DNA of 63,996 nt, counting the filler, from Hyphochytrium catenoides (taxonomy: Eukaryota; Protista; Hyphochytriomycota), in the NCBI GenBank assembly GCA_900088475.1. It is 7 parts of 7 records of this genome, joined end to end, with 100 filler letters (N's around TTAATTAATTAA, not from the genome) between each part and the next. Parts side by side here need not be neighbours in the genome. Positions count along the whole stretch, not along the records: positions 45,319 to 61,683 come from FLMG01001762.1; positions 61,784 to 63,996 come from FLMG01001751.1; 5 more parts are not named here. The stretch is one strand, 5' to 3'. The translations under genes were made by a program, and so were the position numbers. The notes beneath the pieces are model-generated. The model did not search any database, had not been told where the DNA came from, and was given only the letters and a program-made list of their open reading frames with translations. Positions 49,656 to 62,257 of the stretch are shown here, piece by piece; the stretch's first letter is position 1; each line of letters opens with the position of its first letter.

Positions 49656-52600
49656 TTAGTCCTGCTGCCGACTCAGTTGCCTCTGCTCTTCGACTAGCTC
49701 TTGCATTTTTTTGTGAAAGAAGTGTGTGTCCTCTTCAAAGCGACGTCTTGCATTGAGCGCTCGCCGCCGTCTTTCTTTCGGAGTCATCGCCAAGGCCTGC
49801 AATTAGGGAGAAGCCGCATTATGCCTCTCCTCTGTCGTCTTTGTCCTCTCGTCGCTTCTCTTCTAACTTGAGTCAATTCTTTCTTTCCCTCTTTCCATAT
49901 TCCTTCACTCCTCCTTCGGGGTCGTGCTTTTGGTTCTTGTCCACGTGATCTATCCTTGGCCTTCCTTCCTCTTTGAAACGTACCTGCTCCACTCCTTGGC
50001 ACACTGCCCCTGCGGGGACGTTGGCCCTAAGATCTACGCTGTCTTTTAACCCGTTGGGCTCTGACCAACTGCTTCCAAGTATCTGCAAGCGCAGGACAAG
50101 CGTCACCCTACAGATTTCTTCGTCTTGTCTGCTGAACAGCTTGTCATAGCCATTCAGCTCATCCCATTTGCTCTACTCATGGCCAGATCTTCTCATATTA
50201 CTTCTAAACTTCCTACCTGGCGCTCATCGTTAGAGGTACGAGACGGTTTAACTAGGATCCCAGAGTCGATATCAATCAGCTCGTCCATTGGATGGTACTC
50301 TGAGAAAGTAAATATGAACCACATAAAAATGGGAGTTACATCAAAGAGAGGCGGAGAGGCAGGAGAAAAGATAGAGAGAGAGGAAGAGAACGAGACACAC
50401 CAAGAGAGGGCACGCTAGACATAGAGCAAGAAACGAAGAATAAACTTGGGAGTCTTTGCCCAGGAGAGGAAAAGAGTGAAAATGTACACTTAGAGAACGA
50501 GATCTAACTTGATAGCAGAGCTAAGACCTTTAAAAGCGACATGAGAAGGGGCCGCACGAATAAGATCAAGCGAACAAACAAGCAATTGCCAGATACAACT
50601 AGAGAACAAAGAAGAGGATCCTACCAAAAAAAGACAACTTTCGATAGGGCTTAGATCGTTTAAGCAGGACGAAAGGTGCAGTAGGAGAGTAGGCCAGGAT
50701 CAGACAGAGCAGAGAGAGACCTCTGGAAGACAAGTGGACAGTATGAGGCATCTTTAACTACCTGTCGTTATCACCAATGACTGTGCTGCCCTTGCCTGGT
50801 TGATATAATGCCCAAACCCCTCCATCTCGCTGGGACATAGAGCGACAATGGACTTGGCTAGCTCCTCCGCTACCTCTTGAAAGGGTGTTTCCCCTTTGTA
50901 GCTCACCATCAGCTCATCGGAGTGGCGCGGAACGCCATTTCTCGTGGGAGGGAACACTTTGTCATAGTACTCAACATTCATACCCCTCATGTACACTTTG
51001 AGTGGAAACTTCTCTCTTCGGCTTTTCCAGCATTGAAGCACCTCCTTCGTGCTTTTGAAGGGGCTTAAGTTTCCGGGATTAATGGTGAGGAGTCAGAGCG
51101 GAAGGAGAGCAAGATATGGACACGGTGAGGGGTATGAAGGAGGAAGGATTGGCGAATAAGAAGGTTAGATCGTTGCAAGTGCGGTGTCCGAAGGTCAGTC
51201 GCCAGCCGCACCTATTTCCAGGCACATGGATGAAGGTTGTTTCGCTATAATCTTTCGTTTTTCTGAAGTCTTTCCCTTGTAGCTTGGGCACCACCGTGAT
51301 GTCCGTTGTCACGTGCTTCGTGTACACTACCTGAAGCACCGCCCAAACAAAAGAGGATTAGAGGGTTAGATAGAGAGAGAGAGTCAGAGGGAGAGTTGCT
51401 TTGTCCATAAGTACACGTAGCTAATCGGGACCCGGTCGTCACTAGAGTTCTGAGTGCTATTTCTAGTTGTTTCAAGTACCTTGGTTCCTAAGGGATTGCC
51501 ATTCTGCTCGTACCACTTCGACACCTTTTTGCTCGCAAAGTTTTGTCTTGCAAAGCACCGCACTGCTATTCCAAAAGTGCTCAGGTCTCAACTCGTACAT
51601 CTAGTCACGTGACCAGAAGGATAGAAAAGCGGAACCTAGGGTTAAAAGATATTCACACCAGCTATCGAAGGTAGATGCCGGCATTTATACGAGGATGGAC
51701 CCTGCATTACTGGTTCTGTCTAATCTGCTCCCATCGCCGTCCTAGCAATCTTAGCGCAACCTTATACCCTCTGGAATGCCGCTCAACCTTACAAGCTCTA
51801 GTATATTCCCATCTCACCTCTATGTTGGGCATCAACCAGATGGGCTTTGTCTTCCAGTCCGGATGCTCATTGATCCGATCCCAGTAATGGTTCATCATGA
51901 TCACGGGAGTATGGGGACAGAGATCGTGGTAGCTCACACTCTTGCCGCGGTACAGCCACCGACTGGTGAAGACCCATCCTGGGAGACCTCGCAACTGGCC
52001 ATCTTTGATAAGCAGTGACATTTAAAAAAATGATGGTTAAAAGAGAACAGCATGAATAGGAAGCGAGCCGACAACAGAATTAGCGCCGTCAACAAACCAG
52101 CGGAAGAGACCATGCGGCAGAGGATACGGAGATTGGGAGGAAAGGCGTCCAGCAAGCACAAGCGCAAGAGCTTCTTACACTTAATGTAGGCCATCGCATC
52201 TTCGCAGTAGCCGTAGCTCCGTAAGCCCATTGGAATAAAGACCTACAGGTGAAACCTACTCACTTAGTCCAACCAAAGACGCCTCCCAAGGTAACGACAG
52301 CCGGGGAAACGAGAACCTTGGCTCTAGACAGTGACAAGATCGCAAAGCAACAGGAAGAAATAGGCTAAGATTTGAGCACTGCCCTTCCCAGCGTCCACTC
52401 AGACGACGTCGACGCCATAGGGTTACTGGTTAGTGAAAGAATCTTACATCGATCATGGCACACTCTGCCAGCTTCTCGACCAATTGCGGATCGTCCTGAA
52501 AAGTGACGAAGGTCATGTTGTCTGGATCTAGATCCGCCGCATACCGCCAGTCAATGATAGAATGATTCCTTTTTGTACACTGCTCTACGAGGTAGAATGC

Positions 52601-52894
52601 GTGAAGCTGCTGCTGGTCAAAGGACGACAAGCCCCGACCTCGTGCCACTGGGGCCGCAGAAGACTTATCCTGAGGTTGCGTGCTCAATATCGGAGCTTCA
52701 TGACGCAAGCGGGAAACATTCTTTACCTCTGTGAGGCCGTCCACATTGGAAGAAGTTAAGGCAATGGGATCTACAATCCTGAAGTAAAGGTCGAGAGAAG
52801 ACTTTAAGATGGAAAGGACGGCAGCTCCGACCAATACCATCCACAAGGCGTGACGCCACAGCAGCCTGTTACTCCTTCTGCTATGACCTAGCAT
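49656..52894 (-). CDS. Type II membrane GT-B (GT4/Glycos_transf_1-like) glycosyltransferase of an oomycete-type family, multi-exon
   Basis: N-terminal TM anchor. GYCEDAMAY, YHDLCPHTPVIMMNHYW, LMPNIE|MYEL, VLCKT, CPSEMEGFGHYINQARA (EGFG GT4 signature), HPMDELI. Last exon ALAMTPKERRRRA...QD*. Confidence 0.85.
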
Positions 52895-54258
52895 CTCTTC
52901 CCCTTTCAGAGTTACATCCAACTAGTCCTTCTTGCTTTGGAGCTAGTGAGAGGTCAAGCGCCTTTGTCCTTCTTCGGATTAAGTGTCATTGCAGACGTGG
53001 CTAATGCTTGAGACAGCTGCTGAACTGCCCTAGAAGACTTAGATGAAAGCAGTAGAACCAGGATCAACGAGAGATGGAGGCTAGCCGCGAGCTATAGATG
53101 TCAAGTCCAGCGGGAAAGAGGATCAATGGGCTAAACCACAAATTGTGAGCCCCTCAACTCAAAACAAAGCTTCTATGGAAGAGATCAATCTAGAGCTCCA
53201 TCAGCAAATGGCGGAAAGGAAAGTGAACAAAGCCACGCCGATCTCTGGCTGCGGTGAGCTGCCAGGAGACGAGGAGAAGGTCTCAGCTTCTTGGGCCTTG
53301 GACCTCGTCGGGAGCAGCCTTGCGTTTGTCGCTTGATCGCCAATCCTACACAGGGACAGGAAGCTGTTCATTTTACTCCTTTTTATCCCAGCTTTTATTG
53401 TTCTGATTATTAAAATAGCAAAAGTTCTTTTAAGAATCCCTCTTGGTTCTTGTAGCTGTTCTCGTACGTCCCCTTCCACTTTCGACGTAAGGTCATGACT
53501 ACTCTAAAAACAAAGGTCTGTCTGTATGGCTGTTTGAGACGTTTTCGGTGAATAGCTGATATTCGCTTATAATGGGACTGTAGATTCATTTAGTTCCGAC
53601 AAAATTACGTAGTTACGTAGCTATTTTTCCAAGTATACAAACTATATACCCAAACTAATCCAATTGTCCTTTCAATAAAACGTCTTCCCTCTTATAGAAA
53701 AGTGTCAGACCTACTTTGACGTTTTTTTTTGCATTTTATTGTGAGGGCGAAGAATCTCCCATATAAATTTGAAAAAAAGGCCCTGCCTTTGATCATGAAA
53801 AAAATTCCAGTCTTTATAATAATAATGTCAGACCCATACTTTCACAAAGACTTGACTCTCTTCATAGAAACTTGGTGAGTTGGTAGGAAGACGAGCCGTG
53901 GCCTCGCTTCATGCGCTCATCCACTCATCAGAGGATAGTTTGGTCGGACATGGACCAGAAGAAGGCCCACAGCAACTGGCGTGGGGCGGCAGGACAGGGC
54001 GACCCAGGGACTTGAGACTGAGATGAGCAATGCTGGTGCGGACGGACTAGAGTAAAAGATGGACTGCCCGCAACAGACAGAAGCAGGAAACTCATCTTTG
54101 GCCATCGTGTCCACTTTCTGAGAGCCTTGATACACTGGACAAGGGCAGACAGCAAGGAGGACACAGGAATCATGTGCAATTCTTACCAGAAAGAAGTAAA
54201 CGGCTCGTGAGGAGCCAAGGACAACCTGGGTCATCTACCGGGGAGGTGAAGTAGGAAG

Positions 54259-54342
54259 AGAGGCTCAAGAGCTCTAATGATTGCTCCTACTATTCTGGGT
54301 CATAGAGGCTCAAGAGCTACGATGATTGCTCCTACTATTCTG
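54259..54342. repeat. 45-bp tandem duplication
   Basis: AGAGGCTCAAGAGCT...ATGATTGCTCCTACTATTCTG occurs twice. Confidence 0.9.
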
Positions 54343-54807
54343 TCCCTGCTACCCCAACATCCATCCCCTGCACAGTACTGCCGTTCGGAGCCATTGATGA
54401 AGAACAGCTGTCAAAATGCTGCGCTTTGCTTAGAACTCGTCATTCTTGGTGACAACGGACTTTGCCCTGCACGTCACTCTTCCTGAGAAGCGAACTGTCT
54501 CACATAGATAATATCTTAACAAGAATAAGGAACTATCCTGCCGCCAGCCTCCCCGTTGATGGCATCGCCCTTTGGCGGCCGTAGCAAAGCTATGCACCAC
54601 GAGCTATCAGTATACTATGCTTGGACAATATGGATTTGAAGAGAAGAAAGAGAGGGAGAGACAAGGAGAGTGGACTGAGTTGAACAACAACAATAAAACA
54701 GGTAGGAGACTGGCCAAGAGCCTGACGCATGGCCTGAAAGCAGTAAAAGGGCTTGGAAACGGAAGAAAAAGAAAGCACCACGCTCTACGCCTCCCTTCTT
54801 TCTCCCA

Positions 54808-56151
54808 TTAGATAGAAGTTCTTCCGGATGTCGCGAAGTGGGACAGCGTGCCCAAGCCCCAATTGAATTGAAAGGCCTCCGCGCCGTTTCTCTTGATCAA
54901 GAGCTCGCGGGTCATTGGCATTGGATTCTGACAGGGAAGGAGCTTCTTCCCTTGCTTGTCCTCCTCCCGATAGACAAAGTGATGATAAACAATCCACCAG
55001 TTGGCAGGAACATACTTCACCCAGAATAGCTTTACGTGCTCGACATCCTTTGGCATCTTTCCCATGAGAATGGAAGCGTGATACTCATAGGATGTCCTTA
55101 GAATATGACTCCGCTGTGAGAAGATGTCAATGCCCTGATGCCAGAAGATCTCTGAGATTCCTGCGAGACCTCCGAGGCCGAACTGAGCATGCACCACATC
55201 TCTTGACACCGTCTCGGCCGCCTGTCCGTTATCCATTATGATTACGGTCTTGTATAGGTCCAGCGACTTCCGCAATGCGAGCTTGAAGAGTGTGTTGTTC
55301 TGCGTGAAGATAGCATACTGCAGCCGCGCCTGCGTAATAGTGGTGCCCCAATTGGTCTCGTCTCTCGCCATGCCACTGGCGTCGTCTCTGACCGCAAGCT
55401 GCGGCAGAAGCACAGTATCTACAAAACGAACAAATAGTGGTTCCACGCCTGAAGCGTCCCAGCCATGGTACATATACTTTAGGATCTCAGCCGTCATGGC
55501 CAGGGTGGCAAGGGCCCAGCCAGACTCTAATGGGCCGTTTCTTGTCGAAGGTCCTACCTTCTTGCACGTCTTCGACCAGCTGGAAAGAATCTCTATAGCC
55601 TTCTCAGCGTAGATGGCATCCTGAGTGATGAGATAGGCCATTGTATGCTTGTAGGACCTTACGGCGTCCCCAGTAAAGTTACTATGTCCGGCTATCACTC
55701 CTTCAGCTATCAGCTTGGCCTCCTGCTCTTTCTGGCGTTGCCATTCCGCCACCCTGTCAGGTGAGGACTTCTTTAACCTCTCCCATTCCTGAGGGCCGAA
55801 CTTGCCCAATACCATGACTTCCTCTAGTGCTTGAGGCGGCTTGTTCAAATCTTCATTAACAAAGCCCATTAGCTCTGTCAGTGCCGCGCTCGTTATGTTA
55901 GACGTAGGCTGGTAGAACTTTAGCCGGTTGATTTGCTCTCTGCCCATGTAGGTGCCCGGGTGCGTATAGTCAAAGGAAGTATCTCCCTGTAGGACCCAAT
56001 CAATGCTATAGCGGGAAGCATCAGGGCTCGGAGGTGAGGCCACAGCTGCGGTCTTTCTAACAAGATCCGAAGCTAGAAGAAGGACAAAGAGGCAGAAACC
56101 TTGCCACAGGAACCCCAACACTGGGCTTTCCAACGTACATCGCGACGACAT
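54808..56151 (-). CDS. Intronless alginate-lyase-family (alpha/alpha-toroid, PL5-like) polysaccharide lyase
   Basis: Hydrophobic N-terminus. HPG, DA...AYLITQDAIYAEKAIEILSSW, LESGW...AEIL, TNWG, GQAAETVSRDVVHAQFGL...EIFWHQGIDIF. Confidence 0.85.
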   Translation of the reverse strand: MSSRCTLESPVLGFLWQGFCLFVLLLASDLVRKTAAVASPPSPDASRYSIDWVLQGDTSFDYTHPGTYMGREQINRLKFYQPTSNITSAALTELMGFVNEDLNKPPQALEEVMVLGKFGPQEWERLKKSSPDRVAEWQRQKEQEAKLIAEGVIAGHSNFTGDAVRSYKHTMAYLITQDAIYAEKAIEILSSWSKTCKKVGPSTRNGPLESGWALATLAMTAEILKYMYHGWDASGVEPLFVRFVDTVLLPQLAVRDDASGMARDETNWGTTITQARLQYAIFTQNNTLFKLALRKSLDLYKTVIIMDNGQAAETVSRDVVHAQFGLGGLAGISEIFWHQGIDIFSQRSHILRTSYEYHASILMGKMPKDVEHVKLFWVKYVPANWWIVYHHFVYREEDKQGKKLLPCQNPMPMTRELLIKRNGAEAFQFNWGLGTLSHFATSGRTSI

Positions 56152-56749
56152 GCCTTATAGTAGCCAATTCACGGCTGCCTCCGTCGTCGGCAGCGATACG
56201 CTGCCACGGACGCAATGAATTATGCGTGGTGACCTTTATGATGGGAGAAGAAGTGGGACACTGCGTCCTTGCCCAATATGTAGCTTGGCGAGAGTTAGTC
56301 CAGCCGCGATAACAAGGCAGGAACTTCATTCATTGATTTATGGCGCAAGAGCTTTTCCTCAGCACCAACAGGCCAGTTTTTCCTTCTTTGGTTCTACACT
56401 TCAGTTGTTGTTGAGAACTATGGTCCACTATTTGCTTTCCGGATATCAGCCGTATGAGTCTTGCTCTAGCTCTCCTTCATCCTCAACCAAGATGACGCCT
56501 CCTAGGCGTCTAACATTCCCTGCCAAATTGCATTGTCTCCTCTCGCTCCGCTGCAAACAGTGTCAAGCACAGCCTTCACGCTCCGTATAGAAGAAAGATA
56601 TATAATTTGATACTTTGAAAGGCAGAGTAGTCCGGCCGGTGTTCACAACTGAAAGGAAGGCCAGGAGAAGACGGTGTGACTTCTAGGGCGCACTCCTCTT
56701 CTGCCTCTTTTGGCGGTGCCAGACAGTCTTTCTCTACCTCTTAAGAGGT

Positions 56750-57653
56750 GTAGTTCTACCCCTACCTTAGGATTGTTTGTAGGCCTTCTCCTGCTGCTAG
56801 CATCGCTGAAGATAACGACACTGCAGCAGTGCCAGTTAGCAGTCGACTCATCCAACAGCCTCAGCGCTGCTACCTTGATTGAGAAAAAAGGAACTTTACT
56901 TTACCCTTGTTGTTATTGTGCTGCCCAAGTCAAAGAACTGCTAGGAGTAGCTGCCCCGAAGAAGGGTTAGGACTACTCTAAGCTATCCTCAGGTATATTT
57001 GAAGCGCACCGAACAGACACCGGACCTTCGACGAAACTGGACAGAAGCGAAGAGACCTTGCCTCCTGTCATCTACCGTTTCCTCCGTCAGGATAGACAGT
57101 CGACAGTATGCGGACAGCCATGTCTCCAAGTTGTTCTTAGGGTGAGGTACCGCTCTTATTATGCAGTGGATGGCAGTCTGAAGAACAACAAAGAGCGCAT
57201 CCCTTTCTGCCAGGAAGCCTGTCGCCCATCAGCGGCGTAGAACTACCAGCAGCGCGGATGGGAGTAGCATTACCAATACACGCTCGAAGCTAGAATAGAA
57301 CGACTAACAACCCATTCTGCAAGTCAACAAGTCAACCTTAGGGATGGAACTCTCCTTTCTCCAACACGGAAAAGTATACAGTCCGGCTTGTGGCGCCGTC
57401 TACTTCTTGCCCTGCCAAGCTGGGCTTCTACTCTCGAGATCATCAAAGAGAAACTATCGTGCATCTACAGTTCCGCCTGGTAGAACTACTCCTCGTACCA
57501 ACTGACAGCGGGCTCGTAGAACTACCTACTGGCCACGGCTTCTTCTAAATGAGATGCCCGAGTAGAGCAAGATCTTCACGAAGGGACAGGGAGGAAACAG
57601 ATGAATGAGTATAAGAACGGAAGGAATAGCCCATTAGTCAGGTGTAGTTCTAC
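56750..57653. promoter_or_regulatory. Cluster of five GTAGAACTAC sites
   Basis: Plus-strand copies at 57237, 57480 and 57516; reverse-complement copies (GTAGTTCTAC) at 56750 and 57644. A regulatory role is inference. Confidence 0.4.
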
Positions 57654-59583
57654 ACAGGTAGGCGTAGCTCTCTACTCATTCATCATTCATGTCGCTCTTC
57701 TGAACATTTCAGGCTTCGGGGCTCCGTCTAGCAGTTTTCCACCCGTAACCTTCCTCTGTCTCTCAGTTCAGGGAACCTGAAGTCACCAGGCCAATTCTCC
57801 TCAGGAGCGACCAAACATAGAAGAACAACCAACTGGCCCTGAACACTTCCAGTCTTCCGCTCTAACGACGTTGCTGTTCAATGTCGTTGTAAGCAGCTAG
57901 TAGGATGACAGGCCAAGCCTGCCTTCACGGCCCGCGGCAGGTTTATAAGAGAAGAAAAGGAGGTAGTCAACCGACTGTTGAGCACGTGTGGCAAAGGTGA
58001 CGAGGCAAAGTCAAAGAGCTATCACGTCGCCAGGTCGCCAGCTTCGCTGTTGTCCCTTAACAATCCTACTAAGATTCTAAGGGTGCCTGTCATGCAAAAG
58101 GACGAGAAGGAGGGTGTATTTAACAGCCTAATAACGCTAGACCAACAGCAAAGCCCATGCTCATCACTTAACAGCTTGCTATTTATCGGTTGAAGTGAGT
58201 CTCCGACCCACTTCCAGTGAGCAACCCAGCTAGTAAAATAGAGCGAGAAGCAGACAGATTGCTGTTTGAAGCCCCATTCTGATCCTTCCGATCAGGTTTG
58301 CGCGTGCGTGCCCGGCTGGCATTGGAAAGATGGAACCAGGGGATTAGCAGCGCAGGGATACATCGTCCCCCCTACCACGGTTTCTGATGGGAGCTCCTAG
58401 CGCGCTATTGGAGGCGCTCATCAGGGAGCTAGCTGCTAAGGAAGATAGAGCAAGGCCGATGCTTTGTTTGGGCTGATGCGTGACTCGACATCGACAGACG
58501 GTAGTTGCTCTGTATAAATCGTAAAGTAGTTCAGATTGGCATGAGGATGGTGCACCAGGATCCTCACTCCTTTTGTACTTACTGTCCTTTGACCTTCCCT
58601 AGGAGGCCGTCCGTGTTAGAATCAACGAAAATAGCCAATTTTCTTCCAATTGTCCCATTTTCGGTGGGACATCCCCTCTGTTCTGGAGGTGGGATTGATC
58701 CTCCGCCGCGTGAGCGGCGGTAGCTCCCGAATTTACGGTGCAAGGAACGCCAGAAAGGCACATTTTCACACAATTTATGAACTACCGACAACGCAGTTCT
58801 ACGTACCTTTTACTATCATTCTTTTCTGGCCTCCTCCTATCATTGACTCTTTCTGTTCAGTGGCTAGCTGGCGACGAACCTTCAATGTGATTGTTCTTCT
58901 TCACTTGATGATTCTCAGCATCATGGGCAATGGTCTCCTCTAACGTGGCTTATACGCCTTTATACCAGAGTTGCCTTGGCCAATCATCCATTATATTAAG
59001 AAAGCACGATAGTTCATCAGACTCTGATACGTATTTATTCCTCTTGGACCCTTTCTCTTCCTTGCTTGCGGCCGCCGAGAGTGATGATAATCTTGGTGCT
59101 CGGTCTCCCCTTCACCTTCTCTTCTCCCTTATTGTTACTGCTGAGGAGTTCAGCTAATATGATATTTCCTTCTCTGATAATGTAATGAAGGGGAGGGAGA
59201 GTTGCTGGTGAAGTGGCCAAGACTTTTTGTAGCTCTTGCCGCTTTCTTCTTCTTCTTCTTCTGAGTAGTAGTTGGGAGTTTATAGCATATTAGAGAGGGA
59301 TTGTTATCGTACTTCGCTATCAATAGTACCAATGAAAGGAAGAAGACGCTATAGAAGAAGCGCACTTCACGCTGGGACGAAGAAAAGAGCTGCAGACTGA
59401 ATAGATTAACATATCATGATAGTGAAAGAGAGACCGAGGAGTCCCTCGCTGGCGCTTTCTGAATATAAGCTTTAGCTGTGGATATCATTGCACTACTATC
59501 CTGGCTGGGACCTCCATGATGCTTCCTTGTCCGCTCGCTGCTCCTAATTATTATTTTAGTCATCCCTTCTACCACAATAGGTG

Positions 59584-61619
59584 TCACCATCCGTGCGTTC
59601 CCCCTTCTTCAGCATCATCATCCTGCTGGTCTTCTTCTTGACTGGACTGTACCTTCTTAGCCTTCCGAGTGCTCGCCAAATAGCTAAATTTGGCCCTTAT
59701 CTGGACAACACTAAGCACGAACTTTCTTGCAAAAGGCCCTTTAGGGTGATTGAAACGTTCTTGCATCTTTTTATGTGTCGCCTCAGGGGTTAAGAGGTTC
59801 TGATTTGGCTGGGTCAGGTGGAGATTGAACATCTTCTCCAAGAAGTTGATCTGCTGGGGTGTGAACCTGGAGAACTTGCGTTCTTTTTTGGTGTACATGC
59901 CCATCCCCTCAGACTCCGTCTCAGCCCTGTTTGCGGAGTGAACTTTGTAAGTACAGTGTTATACAGGAAGACGAGTGAATGAGCGAGTTGTCAGAGGAAG
60001 AAAAAACGGATTTTAGAGGCACCGAGATACTGGCCTTTTGCAGGTTGACGGTCCCATCGACGGGGAGGAGGAGGATCCTTTTGCGCTCGGTTGTCCGCTC
60101 TTATTCTCTTGCTGCCTATCATTCTCCGTGGTCCTTAACTTTTCTCTCCTCTCTTCTGGGCGCAGAAAGGAGGGATCAGGGGTAATGATGGATTGTGCGT
60201 TCAATTTTTGCTTTTTGGAAGAGAACAAGTGATCCGTTTCCAAAAAATCAGAGATGGACATCTGCTTCCGCTTCCCTGCACAGCCTGCATAATTAAAGAA
60301 GGTGAGGGTTTCAGTCATGCATCATCTTCTACAAAAAAATTATCAGGTGTCGAGAAGGTCTTGAGCTAACCTTTCAACACTTTTGATCCTCTGTCCCTGG
60401 GTGTGGCCTTCTCGACTGCAGATGTACTGGAGCCTTGCTTGCAGGGTAAGCAAGAGTCCTTTGGGGGCTTGGCCAATTGGCCGTCACCAACGTGATGAAT
60501 GGAGACCGCCACGTCATAGTGTTGATCTCTCAGCAACAACGTCAATGCTTCGGGAAGGCTCAAAGGAAAGTAGGCATGAATCTTGCTTCCGGTTAAGCTT
60601 TGGCATCCGTAGGACGACATTGCATCTGGCACCACGGTTAGAGTAGAAGCAGGAGAGGTCGCATCCGGCCGTTTGACAATATTCAACACTACCCCAAAGG
60701 CACCAGCCAGAATATTTGGGACCAAGTCACCGATGTCTGTAGCATAAAATTTGTCCATGTGTTCGAATATGGTAGACAAACCATGCGACAAATCGCATTC
60801 CCTGAGTCCTAGCCTCTTCAGACTCTTACTAGGGAGCTTGTCCGCTAAAAAGTTCCACAGTGCTTTGACGTTGGCGTCCACGAAGGCCGAAAGATCAAAG
60901 ACTAGGTCCTGAACGGATATCGCTGAGGGGAGAGGGTTGTCAATTCTCGACCATTGGAGTCCGCGCAAGAAAGCGTGGAAGAGACATTGGCCATCTGCCG
61001 GACAGATAAGACGTACAAGTTTTACACCGCCCAAGAGCAGGTCTGTTGGCGTGTGAGTGAAGCACACTTGGTCCCTGCTAAGCTTCGGAAAATGCCCAGC
61101 TGGGTGAGGAGCTCGATCACCTACTCGTGGCACGCGTTTACTGGGTAAAAGGACGTCATAATGGCTACGATTCCGCCACAGGAGGATGATAGCAGCATTA
61201 GGGATATTCTTGAGAAAGGTCAGCTTCTGGGAGGTGCTTCCATACAGCGGCCGCTCCACTGCCCGGACTGTAGCCATGCCTGTGCCATCACCTTGAGACA
61301 TAGAGGAGAGAATGACGGTGCTTGCAGGAGCCACCGTTTTTCGCTCGTAGATGGTCACACCAGTAATCACCTGGTCCTTCTCATTATCCATCTGCAGCAC
61401 TATGACTGGCCTGCAAAAGAGAAGGCAGAAAACCCTTATAGTGTCATCTGACCCCCATCCTTCTCGCCCTACCATCCCCGCGCGTGTTTGGCCATATCCC
61501 TTTGCGTAACTTTTATAGGCGGCAATGGCCTCTGGCGTGTCCAAGGAAACTTGAGTATCAGCACCTCCAACCCGTTTGGGCCCACAACTTGGGCGGAACC
61601 AAGACATATTCCTTAACAT
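59584..61619 (-). CDS. Tandem OTU-like cysteine protease + C-terminal homeodomain-like protein (5' truncated; likely transposon-encoded)
   Basis: OTU-1 C-half GWGSDDTI...SHYDVL. OTU-2 PADGQCLFHAF...QHYD. Downstream segment RFTPQQINFLEKMF...LSVVQIRAKFS. Candidate splice sites lie between the segments, but the exon chain is not fully resolved. Confidence 0.65.
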
Positions 61620-62257
61620 GAACTCACTGGTGATGTAAGGAATGGGACTGTGGTCTAAGGGGAAAATCTATTAATGAATATGANNNNNNNNNNNNNNNNN
61701 NNNNNNNNNNNNNNNNNNNNNNNNNNNTTAATTAATTAANNNNNNNNNNNNNNNNNNNNNNNNNNNNNNNNNNNNNNNNNNNNTACTGACACAAAGCAAA
61801 AGTGAAGAGAGAAGTGAAGGAGGTAGAGAGCAGCAGGTGATTGATCAAGGTGATTGAAGGAGACAAGGCAGGAGCGGGAGACGCAGACTGGAAAGAGAAC
61901 TGATCGAGGCACGGACGTGGATCCCTTGCAGAGGATCTGAAGATTGAAGGTGAAGATCGTGGAACTCCTATGACTTAGCGTCGTTTGCAGACATCACCAT
62001 ACCACTGATCATACCATCGATCGACATCTCTCAGTATTGATCAAACAACCGGTGGCCCATCAGCGCCTCCGTCACTGGATGCAGAAGACTTCCTTCCTCG
62101 GTTTCCGTACAACGGGACTTCCAGCTGCCAGCAGCACAACTAACCCTGAGATTCGTAGCTCTACCTGTATCGTCGCCCTATTCTCCTTCGTGCCCAGCGG
62201 AGAGACATAGGCTAAAGGGCTGTGCACGTTTTGGCGCTGCTGCTCACCATCAACAGA

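Noticed and set aside
53500-53860. AT-rich island with repeated TGTCAGACC as a possible MITE
   Set aside because: No clear terminal inverted repeats or target-site duplication could be identified.
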